64,000 nucleotides of DNA from a virus: positions 32,001 through 96,000 of IMG/VR virus record IMGVR_UViG_3300042691_013609. One strand, 5' to 3'. Numbering within the stretch: the first letter of the stretch is position 1; every line of letters starts with the position of its first letter. Position numbers and translations under genes: made by a program. The notes below the pieces were generated by a model. The model saw only the letters and a program-made list of their open reading frames with translations. It had not been told where the DNA came from and did not search any database. Shown piece by piece: positions 1-9,283 of the stretch.

Positions 1-3000
1 AAGGGGCAGTAGCTACGAATAAGGTAGATGCAATAGATAAGTTAAACGGATTTTTAAGACAGGCTTTCCCAACCACTAGCTTCTTTACTACACAAGAGGC
101 TTGGGATGCTGTTATGGAGAATGGATCGATAGACAAGAAGTCTGTTGATGGTAATGTCCTTTATGGGTTTACTGCTAATGGGAATGTTTATATCAACCCA
201 GATATAAAAACAGCTAAAGCTCCTTTACACGAAGTAGGACACTTATGGGTTAATTTTGTTAAGGATACAAACCCGGCTCTTTATGAGAAAGGATTGGCAT
301 TAACAGAAGGTACTGCCGAGTTAGCCACAGAGATGGAAAAATATGGGGACACAAATCTAGCTAGAGAAGAAGCTTTAGTTAAATTGATGTCTACCAAAGG
401 TGAGACCATTGTAAATACAGCCCAGAAGGCTGAGTTTAAAGAATGGTTGTTATCTATGTGGAAGTATGTGAAGGATAATTTTAAATCTTTATTAGATATT
501 CCAGCCGACCAAGTTGAAGACATTACTTTAGACCAGTTCTTAAAGGGGATGTTGGCAGATGTACTTGGTGGAAAAGAGTTAGTTCCGCCTAAAAAAGCTA
601 AAAAAACTAAAGGTACTAAAGAGATTACAGTAAATAAATCTTCGAGGGAAGATGTTAAGAAGGCTATAGAAGATATTGCTTTAGTTGATAAAGACATAGT
701 GGCTAATGCGGCTTCAAAAGTGTTTAAAGATCCTGGTTACCATAGGGGCATTTTAGGTAAAAAATCAGATTTCACCGATAGATCTTATCATGGTGAGATG
801 CCTTATACTGGATATTATTTTGTATCCGACCCTAAAGAAGTTGTTCTAGGTCAATCTAGATGGGGAGACCCAAGGGCTTTTAGAATTGTAGATTTTTCTA
901 AATATAACTTAGTTAAATTCACTGGGGCGGAAGAATATTTTTCTTTAAAAATAGCTTTGAAGAGTTTAGCGGTAGATCTGTTAAGAGGTGAGATTAAAAT
1001 TGAGGAGGCGTTAAAAAATTTCCTTGAAAAACCATATACCTCTTTACCTAATTCTGTAGTAAGAGCTATACGAGATTACGATGGTAACAAACTTCAAAAA
1101 CAAGATCTTTCAAGAGAGAAGTTTCAATTAGAAGAAAGATTAAACACAGTTCGTAGTAATAAAGAGTTTGATGAGATAAGCAATAGAATAAACGAGATAA
1201 ATTCGGAAATATCTAAGATAGGTAAAAAACCATTTAGCGAGGCTTTGGGTGGTGTATTAGATGAATACGAAAAGCAAAGAAGTGCCCCACAAAAATCAGA
1301 AGAAGATCCTCCAGGAAGGGCTGAAAGGCTAGAAACTTTAATACTAAAAGAGTTAGGTTTTGAGGGTATAGATGCCAGACGTGTAAAAGCTGAGAATGGG
1401 CTAAAATCTCCAGATGATTTTTCACATGGGTCTACTATATTTGATTTAAAGCCTGGTACTGCCACATCATTACATGATGCTTATGTAGATGCTAAAGAGA
1501 ATAACACTAACCCAGAGCTAGTACAAGCTATGGATGATATGTTAGACCAAGAACGTGAAATAATTGTAAATAAATCCTCTAAAATACCCGGACCCGCTAG
1601 AATTGATAGGGAACTTCCAACTCCAAATAAAGAAAGAATTACAAATGCAACTGAGAATTTGCAGAAAAAATTCAGAAGGGATGGGGTTCGTTTAACCGAA
1701 AAAGAGGGAATGGAGATAGTTAAAGAATTATCTTCTTGGAAAGATTGGTATGAAGGTATAGCAGCTAAAGTGCAAGAAGCTTTTGGTGAATACTCTGCTG
1801 ATTACATGATGTTTATGTTTGGATCCGCTGTAGCTGCGAATAGCGCATCTACTATTGGCACATCTTTAAATAATCTGCAAAGATTATATGAAGGACAAGA
1901 TATAAAAGGTTTGCCTATAATGAAAAGAAATATTTATGAAATTCTTTCTAACTTGCCTGTCACAAGTGATAAGATAAGAAACTTCATAGCCGCCGGATTA
2001 GGCGATAAAAACGCCATACCTGTAGATATGCATGTTTGGAGTTTTATAAATTCATTTCCTACTTTAAAAACACCAAGTAAAAAAAATTTTGAAAAAGCTA
2101 AAGAGTTTGTTAGAAGTATTGCAGATGGTCTTAAATGGGACCCAAGAGAAGTGCAAGCAGCTATGTGGGCAGCTAACATGCTTAGATTAGGATTAGAACC
2201 AGACACTTATGAAGAATACATCCAAAGAAAAGTTGAGCGAGGACTCAAAGATCAGATCCAAAAATGGCGCGAAAAAGGTTATAAGCCAATTTTTGAAGTT
2301 CGTGAAGTCGGAGGGAAGTTAGAAACTTCCTTTATAGACGAAGTTAAGATTGACGCTTTGCAAAAATTAGAAGAGACTAATAGAAAAATAAGTAATAAAA
2401 AAGAAGAAATTACAGTAAGTAAATCTTCAAAAACCCAAAAGACAAAATTTGATCCTAGGGATAGAGGCCAAATGCTGGAAGACGAGTTCCTTAAAACAAA
2501 GGAAACTCTTATAAAAATGATCAGCGCCAGCTATAGAAATTCCATTAGTAAGGGTAAGAAATTTACCGAAGAAGACTTCAAGAAAATCCTAGATAAGTTT
2601 AATATTTCTATAGATGATAGTGGCATAGAGTTGTTGTTTAAGAGGGCTGTTAGATATAACTCTTATCCTAGAACAATCCAAAGAATTATTCTTACCCCTT
2701 CCATCCCCGACAATGTTAAAGATGCTTTATTAGATAACGCTAAACCAAAAGAAGTTATTACTGATGAGCACGTTGAAATCTTAGCAGATGCAATAGTAGC
2801 ACCAGGAAGGGAGGCAGAAACTAATGAAGAAGCAGTAGAAATCTTTGATAACTTACAAAAAGATTTGATTGATTCTTTAGCCAGGGAGTTAACAAACATA
2901 AGAGATGGGGCCCAGAGCCAGATTACTTACGAGATTAGGGCGTTGAAGAAAATTGCCCAAAGTCTTATTGAGATGGGAGATGTGAAGAGATCCGCAGATG

Positions 3001-6000
3001 TACTGGCGAAGATTACTTCTTTAGGTTCTTTATTTGGTAAGGAGCTTAGGGAGATTGGTTTGAACTCAATGGATGCAGTTTATATTGTCCACTTATCTAG
3101 GGAATCCGATGAGAATAGAGAAGAAGTTTTAAATGCCCCGGCTAAAGGGTATGAAAAAACAACTAATAGAGAAAGGATCGATAGCCAAAACAAAGCAGCA
3201 GAAGAAGCTTTAAAAGAAGGTGTTAGCGAAAGAAAAAAAGAAACGGCTAAAAAAGTACAAGAGAAATACGATAAGAGGACTAGTACAGAGAAAGTAAAAG
3301 AGGCTACCGAAGAAAGAGAGACTGCGCATGCTGCCGAAAAGAAAAAAGGACTTTTTGATAAGATAGTTGGGTCAGTTAAAGATTTCTTTGGTGTTAGCAA
3401 ATCTTCTTTAAATAAAAAGAATCCTCTTGCAGATACAGCCGGGAAAACTATTCCAGCAGCCCAGTTGGCACAGGTTGCCAAGGACTATTTTATGTATGCC
3501 TTTTATAACAATAATGGTAACACACAAAAAGCCCGCGAAGAATTTTTAAGTAAAAAAGAATTAAAAGGGGCGCACGGAGACATAGACCAGATCATAGGCA
3601 GTTTAGTTAGTGATGGTACATTGGATACGGCTACAAGAGAATTAGCCCAAGCCAAGATATTAGAAGCTCTACAGGAAGTACAAACTCCAAGCAATGTAAG
3701 AAAGCTTAGTCCTGCGCAATTAATTGCCATGAGGGTAAAAGCAATTGATAAGAGAAATGAAAAGGCTAAACCTAAAAGGAAAACTTTAGAACAAAAGATC
3801 GCAGAGAATGATGTAGATATAGAAACATTAACTGAACTTAGGAATGCTATTAATGCTGAATTAATGCAGTTGCCGGCCAATAAGAAAGAAGAAGTATTGG
3901 CAAGGGTAGATGATATTTTAGTTAACCTAAGAGCCGAAAAATTAAAGAATAGGGCTACACCATGGATAACTAAAGCTAAGATTAGGGAAGACTTCAAAAG
4001 AGGTTTATCTTCTTTAGGAGAAACTGTTGAAGACCTAATGGATGATCTATCTAAAATAGATGTCTATACTAATTCTATTGCCCAGGAGTTTATACAAAGA
4101 ACAGGTATGACTGCCGAAGAGGCAGCGCCATTCGTAAAGATTATAGAAGATGAAATTAAAAACATAGTAGATACTAAGGTCAAAGCTGCTTTAGAAAAAG
4201 AATACTTAGATTCTTTACAAGGAAACAGAGACGACTTAGTTAATGCTGCCGAAGAGTACGCCCAAAAAGCTTCAGATTTTGAAGCAGAAGCAGATAAACT
4301 ACGTAATAAAACTAAGACACCTGAAGAAGTTGAAAGGTTAAAGACAGCACAAAGAGAAGCAGCAAGATACAAAAAACTTGCAGCTAGAGCTAAGTCAAGG
4401 TTAAAAACATTTGACGAAAAAGCTGCCAAGCGTTTAAAAAGTGGAGATTTCTACCAGATTTTAAAGACTATTACGCAAGGTGGATTAACACAAGAAACCG
4501 TAGTAAATGCTTTAGCTAATTCTTTAAGAGTAGAGGTAATCTCTAAAGAGCAACTAAACCATATTGAGATTCTATCTGAAAAGATAAGGAATGCAACTAT
4601 GGCTAAGAATTCTGTGGACGAGGAAAAAGCTATAACTGAATTAAAGAAATACCTATACGGAATAAGTAATGTATCTTTCTTAGATATTTTTAAACGTATG
4701 TGGGAATCTTTTATGTACGGTAATATGCTTTCTAGCCCACGAACAGCAGAGGTTGCTTTCTTTTCTGGTACGATAGGTTTAATTAGAGATGTTATTGCAA
4801 ATTTCTTCCAAGCTTTAGCTGTAGATATATTAAATTTTTCACCTATTACCATAGGCAAGGATGGGATTAAAACAAGACGAGTAAAACCTGATTTTAGAAA
4901 TTTAAGAACATTAGGTAATGCATTATTAGATATAGTTGGTAGTAATAATATTTTTTCTTTTTCTACATTCTTTGAGGTATTAAAAGGTGCCGAAGGTATT
5001 TCTATACAGCAGATGGATGTCTCTGGTAAGACTAAAGATAGATTATCTAATTCTTTAGCTGAAATAGATAAGGCGGATGTTGCTATAGATAGGATAAAAC
5101 AAGATCCTAATTGGAAAATAAAGCCTAATAAAATAGCTGCTGTAGGAGCTTTAGAGGCTTTCAAATTACAACAAAGGATAGCTAGATTACTTGTTGCTAT
5201 GGACTATGCCGCTAGAAGTGCAGCCATACCTTACGCAATAAGAATGACCACTGCCCAAATAGCTACGGAGTCTTTGCCGATTAGTGCTACCTATAAAGAT
5301 ATTTATAATAAGACAAATGAAATTATAAATAGAGGTGAAGCAAAAGCAATAGCAGAAGCGAAAGCAGCCGAGATGGCAGCATTAGGTAAGAACTTTGATG
5401 AGAAAAGGTATGAGAAGAAAGTAGCTACAAGTGAGGCTGTATTACCAGCCGAGGTGCAAAGAAGAGTTAAAGAGTATGCAGATAGATTAGCCTGGACGGG
5501 TAGAATATTTGGTTACTCGGGTTGGATGGCCAACAAGTTAAATGGGGCGTTTGAAAAATTTAATGGAGAACCTATTTTACCAAATGACTCACTCCCAACT
5601 ACTTTAAGAAAATTAGCTATACAAATACCTCTTACCGCAGTTAAAATGGTGGCAATACCATTCCCAGGAGTATTATTTAGAGGTATGCAGTCTGTAAAAA
5701 ATGCTACTATTTTAGGTCTTTTCCAGAGGAAAGTCGTAAAAGGACTTGACGGGAAATACACCCAAGGAAAAGGATGGCCGTTGCAATTCTTTAAAGAACA
5801 TAGATTATATAATAGTGCAGGAAATGTAGATGAAGTAATCAAAGCTTCTAACTGGGAAGTAGCATCGAGAATAGCTTGGTCAACTGTCCCATCTGTAATG
5901 GCTTGGGCTTTATTTCAAGCTATGTTTACTTTTGATTTTGAAGACGATGAAGAAGAAAAAGAGTACAATGAGATGGGTTATTTTAATCCTCTTAAATTTG

Positions 6001-7340
6001 GTGCATTTTTTGAAAATGGAGCTACTATTAAGCTAAAATCTGATAGCGATTGGTTAATTACTGGAGAGTATGATTCTGATATGGAGGCAGTATTCAGAGG
6101 TAAAGGTTTACAGTATTTCCCTAATGCCATTTACTATAAAGGTAAGAAACTTCCTATTGTTGGTGGGTATAAAGATATGCCTTGGGGTATATTCTTTTCC
6201 GGGCTGGCGGCAGTGCAAGAAAGAGAACTTTATGCAGAAAAAGTAAAAGGGTCAAGTGATGCTACCAGAGATCCTTTAACTACTAGTGATGTCTTTAAAA
6301 TTATGGCGCTAAGTGGTGTAGGATTCCTTAGTGAATTTGGTTTGACTGGAGCTTTAGAACAACTATCCTTTATTACTGGAATATTTTCAGGAGAAGTTGA
6401 TGACAAAGTTTTCCAAAAAGCACAAAAAAATTTAGTAAGAACAAACATACCTGCTGTTGGTTTCGCCACTTGGTCAGCTAATCTCAAAGGAATGTACAAA
6501 GATGATGACAAAAGAAAAGGCATAGGTGTATTATCCGGAGCTATGGCGAATGCCTATGTGTTTGACGACTTCATTGATACATACGACTTCGACGCTTTAG
6601 GTAAAAGAATACCTTACCAAGAAAGTCCTTATCCTATTTTAGGCTCTGTTGAAAGGGCTGTGGCTTCTATAAATAATTCTAATTATTCTTTATTAACTAA
6701 TTCAACTTTTAAAGACCGCCAAACTAAAGCAGATATAATTAGATCTAAATACTCAGACTTCGCTACCTTAATTAGAAAGCAAAGCCCGAAAGATGTCTTA
6801 AAGAGTGAGAGAACTATTGTGGAGACTTTTGACGATCAGTCTAATTATGATATGGCCTTAGCTGCCGCTACCTCAAAAGGAGAAATGTTGGATACGTACT
6901 ATGAATACTTAGATGGATTAGAGAGAGGAGACTTCTCTAAAAGGCTTAGAGAAATAAACAATATAGGAAACGATCACGCCTTCTGTTCTAAAGTCTTAAC
7001 TGTATTAGAAAATAATGCCGATAAGATAATGAATGAAACAGGACTTTCCATCCAAGATATTGTCTCTAAAATAGGAATTAGACCAAAGAGTAAAATTGGA
7101 TTAACTAATGTGCAGGATAAAAACAGCAAAGGAGAATTCAAATATGATGCCAATGGAAATCCTGTAATGGTACCTGGATACTTTAAAAGATCAAAGCTAG
7201 TAGAATTGCTTTATGAATATGACATAAAAGTTACTAGCGATGGCCAATTAAAATTCAACCAAAAATACCAAGATACTTACGACAGGGAAGAGTTTGAGGA
7301 TTATATGAATTCACAAGCTGGAGATGTAGAGTCAGAGTAA
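1..7340 (+). CDS. Giant polyvalent virion/cargo protein, 5'-truncated: zincin metallopeptidase-like, ART-like and HhH-GPD-like modules plus long helical regions
   Basis: The frame of the 114..7340 ORF is open back to the window start. Motifs: HEVGH (HExxH) at 228-242; YHRG..GYYF..GFEGID (ART-like); WY..KIRNF..PVDMHVW..EVQAAMW (HhH-GPD-like). Last gene of a plus-strand block. Confidence 0.7.
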   Translation, partial: GAVATNKVDAIDKLNGFLRQAFPTTSFFTTQEAWDAVMENGSIDKKSVDGNVLYGFTANGNVYINPDIKTAKAPLHEVGHLWVNFVKDTNPALYEKGLALTEGTAELATEMEKYGDTNLAREEALVKLMSTKGETIVNTAQKAEFKEWLLSMWKYVKDNFKSLLDIPADQVEDITLDQFLKGMLADVLGGKELVPPKKAKKTKGTKEITVNKSSREDVKKAIEDIALVDKDIVANAASKVFKDPGYHRGILGKKSDFTDRSYHGEMPYTGYYFVSDPKEVVLGQSRWGDPRAFRIVDFSKYNLVKFTGAEEYFSLKIALKSLAVDLLRGEIKIEEALKNFLEKPYTSLPNSVVRAIRDYDGNKLQKQDLSREKFQLEERLNTVRSNKEFDEISNRINEINSEISKIGKKPFSEALGGVLDEYEKQRSAPQKSEEDPPGRAERLETLILKELGFEGIDARRVKAENGLKSPDDFSHGSTIFDLKPGTATSLHDAYVDAKENNTNPELVQAMDDMLDQEREIIVNKSSKIPGPARIDRELPTPNKERITNATENLQKKFRRDGVRLTEKEGMEIVKELSSWKDWYEGIAAKVQEAFGEYSADYMMFMFGSAVAANSASTIGTSLNNLQRLYEGQDIKGLPIMKRNIYEILSNLPVTSDKIRNFIAAGLGDKNAIPVDMHVWSFINSFPTLKTPSKKNFEKAKEFVRSIADGLKWDPREVQAAMWAANMLRLGLEPDTYEEYIQRKVERGLKDQIQKWREKGYKPIFEVREVGGKLETSFIDEVKIDALQKLEETNRKISNKKEEITVSKSSKTQKTKFDPRDRGQMLEDEFLKTKETLIKMISASYRNSISKGKKFTEEDFKKILDKFNISIDDSGIELLFKRAVRYNSYPRTIQRIILTPSIPDNVKDALLDNAKPKEVITDEHVEILADAIVAPGREAETNEEAVEIFDNLQKDLIDSLARELTNIRDGAQSQITYEIRALKKIAQSLIEMGDVKRSADVLAKITSLGSLFGKELREIGLNSMDAVYIVHLSRESDENREEVLNAPAKGYEKTTNRERIDSQNKAAEEALKEGVSERKKETAKKVQEKYDKRTSTEKVKEATEERETAHAAEKKKGLFDKIVGSVKDFFGVSKSSLNKKNPLADTAGKTIPAAQLAQVAKDYFMYAFYNNNGNTQKAREEFLSKKELKGAHGDIDQIIGSLVSDGTLDTATRELAQAKILEALQEVQTPSNVRKLSPAQLIAMRVKAIDKRNEKAKPKRKTLEQKIAENDVDIETLTELRNAINAELMQLPANKKEEVLARVDDILVNLRAEKLKNRATPWITKAKIREDFKRGLSSLGETVEDLMDDLSKIDVYTNSIAQEFIQRTGMTAEEAAPFVKIIEDEIKNIVDTKVKAALEKEYLDSLQGNRDDLVNAAEEYAQKASDFEAEADKLRNKTKTPEEVERLKTAQREAARYKKLAARAKSRLKTFDEKAAKRLKSGDFYQILKTITQGGLTQETVVNALANSLRVEVISKEQLNHIEILSEKIRNATMAKNSVDEEKAITELKKYLYGISNVSFLDIFKRMWESFMYGNMLSSPRTAEVAFFSGTIGLIRDVIANFFQALAVDILNFSPITIGKDGIKTRRVKPDFRNLRTLGNALLDIVGSNNIFSFSTFFEVLKGAEGISIQQMDVSGKTKDRLSNSLAEIDKADVAIDRIKQDPNWKIKPNKIAAVGALEAFKLQQRIARLLVAMDYAARSAAIPYAIRMTTAQIATESLPISATYKDIYNKTNEIINRGEAKAIAEAKAAEMAALGKNFDEKRYEKKVATSEAVLPAEVQRRVKEYADRLAWTGRIFGYSGWMANKLNGAFEKFNGEPILPNDSLPTTLRKLAIQIPLTAVKMVAIPFPGVLFRGMQSVKNATILGLFQRKVVKGLDGKYTQGKGWPLQFFKEHRLYNSAGNVDEVIKASNWEVASRIAWSTVPSVMAWALFQAMFTFDFEDDEEEKEYNEMGYFNPLKFGAFFENGATIKLKSDSDWLITGEYDSDMEAVFRGKGLQYFPNAIYYKGKKLPIVGGYKDMPWGIFFSGLAAVQERELYAEKVKGSSDATRDPLTTSDVFKIMALSGVGFLSEFGLTGALEQLSFITGIFSGEVDDKVFQKAQKNLVRTNIPAVGFATWSANLKGMYKDDDKRKGIGVLSGAMANAYVFDDFIDTYDFDALGKRIPYQESPYPILGSVERAVASINNSNYSLLTNSTFKDRQTKADIIRSKYSDFATLIRKQSPKDVLKSERTIVETFDDQSNYDMALAAATSKGEMLDTYYEYLDGLERGDFSKRLREINNIGNDHAFCSKVLTVLENNADKIMNETGLSIQDIVSKIGIRPKSKIGLTNVQDKNSKGEFKYDANGNPVMVPGYFKRSKLVELLYEYDIKVTSDGQLKFNQKYQDTYDREEFEDYMNSQAGDVESE

Positions 7341-7356
7341 ACAATATGGCTAAAAC

Positions 7357-7397
7357 AAAAAAGCCCCACCCCTAATTAAAGGAGTGGGGCTTTTTTT
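7357..7397. terminator. Bidirectional intrinsic terminator between convergent gene blocks
   Basis: AAAAAAGCCCCAC...GTGGGGCTTTTTTT: GC stem with A-tract and T-tract flanks. Confidence 0.9.
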
Positions 7398-7399
7398 AT

Positions 7400-7942
7400 T
7401 TACAGTCCTATGAATAACAATTCTATTTGTTTTACCCAACCCTCATCTGTCATATATGGGCCGGGGAAACCGCGAGATTCTAATTCCTCTTCAAACATTC
7501 TTAAATAATTCCTATTGTATTTCCTTTTCCCAGCATTGGCTTCATACAGCATAGTTTGCAAATGATCCGTATCTAGGTCACAAATAAATCTAAAGATCGG
7601 TTCGTCCAATTTAGTTAAGTCTTTATTCAGAAAAGATAACCACCCATGTGATTCTCTTTCAGTCCTGCCAAGCTTCATTAAAATATCTGACTCCTCTAAG
7701 ATATACAAAGGCTCGAAGTAATCACCACCAATACCCATGTTATAAAGCAATTGTCCGAATCTCAAATCAGGAGATTCTAACCAAGTGCCCTCGATTATTG
7801 GCAACATTTCAGTAATCTTCTTTTCCATTTTAACTAAATCAATTATCTCCTTATTGTACTGTTCATTTGGCAATCCCACTAGCTTACTAATATCCAATAC
7901 TTCTAGGAAAGGTTTTATTCTATAATGTGGTCTCATACCCAA
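7400..7942 (-). CDS. Hypothetical protein with WxxxPDLRFGQLL motif (DUF1040/YihD-like)
   Basis: ORF track; recognisable small-phage-protein motif. Confidence 0.55.
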   Translation of the reverse strand: MGMRPHYRIKPFLEVLDISKLVGLPNEQYNKEIIDLVKMEKKITEMLPIIEGTWLESPDLRFGQLLYNMGIGGDYFEPLYILEESDILMKLGRTERESHGWLSFLNKDLTKLDEPIFRFICDLDTDHLQTMLYEANAGKRKYNRNYLRMFEEELESRGFPGPYMTDEGWVKQIELLFIGL

Positions 7943-8423
7943 AAAATTTATGATTATCTGTTGTGTGAATTAATTTAGTATTTCTTTTTAACCTACTAAT
8001 GAAGGTTCTGTCGGTGGCGGTTTTAAAATTATAGAAAAAAAGAACATCACAATCCCTTCCTATATTATCAAACAACCTAACCGCAATACTATCGGAGAAC
8101 TCAGTCCTCATAAACCTACCATTAATACCATCATACTGCCCACGCTGGAAAACTACATCATGTACGCAATCTGGAAACCTATTATGCTCTATCCTATTAA
8201 GAACAGTGCTGCCTACTAAATAAGCGTCTATAGTGTCATTAGGTGCACTTTCAGCGTTAATGATACATGAGAGTAACTTCTCTTCATTTGTAAGCCCCAT
8301 ATCGATTGTAATAGGCTTATACTCAACCTTATTGATAGGATATATCAACAGCAAAAAAATAGCGACCAAATGGGCCGCTAATGCAATGATAAGTAAGAAT
8401 AAATAATTATTTATATTTTTCAT
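7920..8423 (-). CDS. Cell wall hydrolase (SleB/Hydrolase_2 family) with N-terminal membrane anchor
   Basis: IINAES..VGSTVLNR..FPD.V.DVVFQ.GQY..LFFYN..HKFF pattern; hydrophobic N-terminus. Confidence 0.85.
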   Translation of the reverse strand: MKNINNYLFLLIIALAAHLVAIFLLLIYPINKVEYKPITIDMGLTNEEKLLSCIINAESAPNDTIDAYLVGSTVLNRIEHNRFPDCVHDVVFQRGQYDGINGRFMRTEFSDSIAVRLFDNIGRDCDVLFFYNFKTATDRTFISRLKRNTKLIHTTDNHKFFGYETTL

Positions 8424-8674
8424 ATCTTTTTTTTATTTCAGCTATTTCTTTTTTTACTTCTTGAATAGCCAGGATCAAATACTTCTCTGTATCTTTTCTT
8501 TCTTCTGATGTCATGGCTTTAATTTTTCATCTAAAAATTCTCTTAATTTTTCTTTCCCATTCATGCTTGTTAAAAATAAAACAAGGTCTCCCAATAAGGA
8601 CATATCCCATACTGATTCAGGTACAAAAATATACCTCTTATACATTTTTGTGTCTTTATACTTAATCCACATAA

Positions 8675-8935
8675 TTAAACATTTTCTAATTGTAATTCTA
8701 ATTCTTTAATCAACTCTTCAAACGGACCTTCATCCAAGGGCCTAAACCTATACGCAGCAAAACCTCTATAAGGAGTTCCCAGTTCGGTAAGGTTTATTTC
8801 CTCTAACACGAAAAGGGGAACTCCATTCATATCGCTAAGTACGCTAATAACTGTATAGGCATTACCTTTTTTAACCCAATGTGTCGTTGGTATCTCATTG
8901 GGCCTAGCATTGTCGTTTACGCACTCAACCAACAT
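8675..8935 (-). CDS. Conserved small phage protein (SH3-like, VECVND..G..YTV..FAAYRF)
   Basis: ORF track; co-oriented with neighbours. Confidence 0.6.
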   Translation of the reverse strand: MLVECVNDNARPNEIPTTHWVKKGNAYTVISVLSDMNGVPLFVLEEINLTELGTPYRGFAAYRFRPLDEGPFEELIKELELQLENV

Positions 8936-8936
8936 T

Positions 8937-9269
8937 TTAACCTAGTGAATTAGCTAATTCATTAAGAGCTTCTTGGTCGGGAAAGAAATTAGAATCAAGA
9001 GTATTCAAATCTAATTCATGCACACCAACACCAGAATAACTAAGAAGAAGACCTGCATTATTCTTAGTCCAAATAGCTTCCAGGTTTTTACTTTCATTTT
9101 CCTGTATATCTTTAAGGCACTCTTCCGCAACTTGGCTGTGCATCTTAGCAATAACTTTAGCTACCTTTTCTGCTTTCTCGTAAGAATCAAAAACTCCTAC
9201 AAGGCCCAGATCAATACCATTATCATCTTCTTCTCCAGGTCTTAAACTTACAATAAAAACTTTACTCAT
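8937..9269 (-). CDS. Hypothetical protein (GVFDSYEKA motif)
   Basis: ORF track; common small phage protein motif. Confidence 0.6.
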   Translation of the reverse strand: MSKVFIVSLRPGEEDDNGIDLGLVGVFDSYEKAEKVAKVIAKMHSQVAEECLKDIQENESKNLEAIWTKNNAGLLLSYSGVGVHELDLNTLDSNFFPDQEALNELANSLG

Positions 9270-9283
9270 AATTTTAATTTGTC

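Noticed and set aside
5925-5960. RNA polymerase catalytic DxDxD motif in the giant protein
   Set aside because: The sequence is FDFEDDEEE, an acidic linker; no virion RNAP motif is recognisable in this window.
281-6523. Many minus-strand ORFs inside the giant gene
   Set aside because: Antisense shadows with Ser/Leu/Phe-rich composition; the same applies to shadow ORFs elsewhere in the window.
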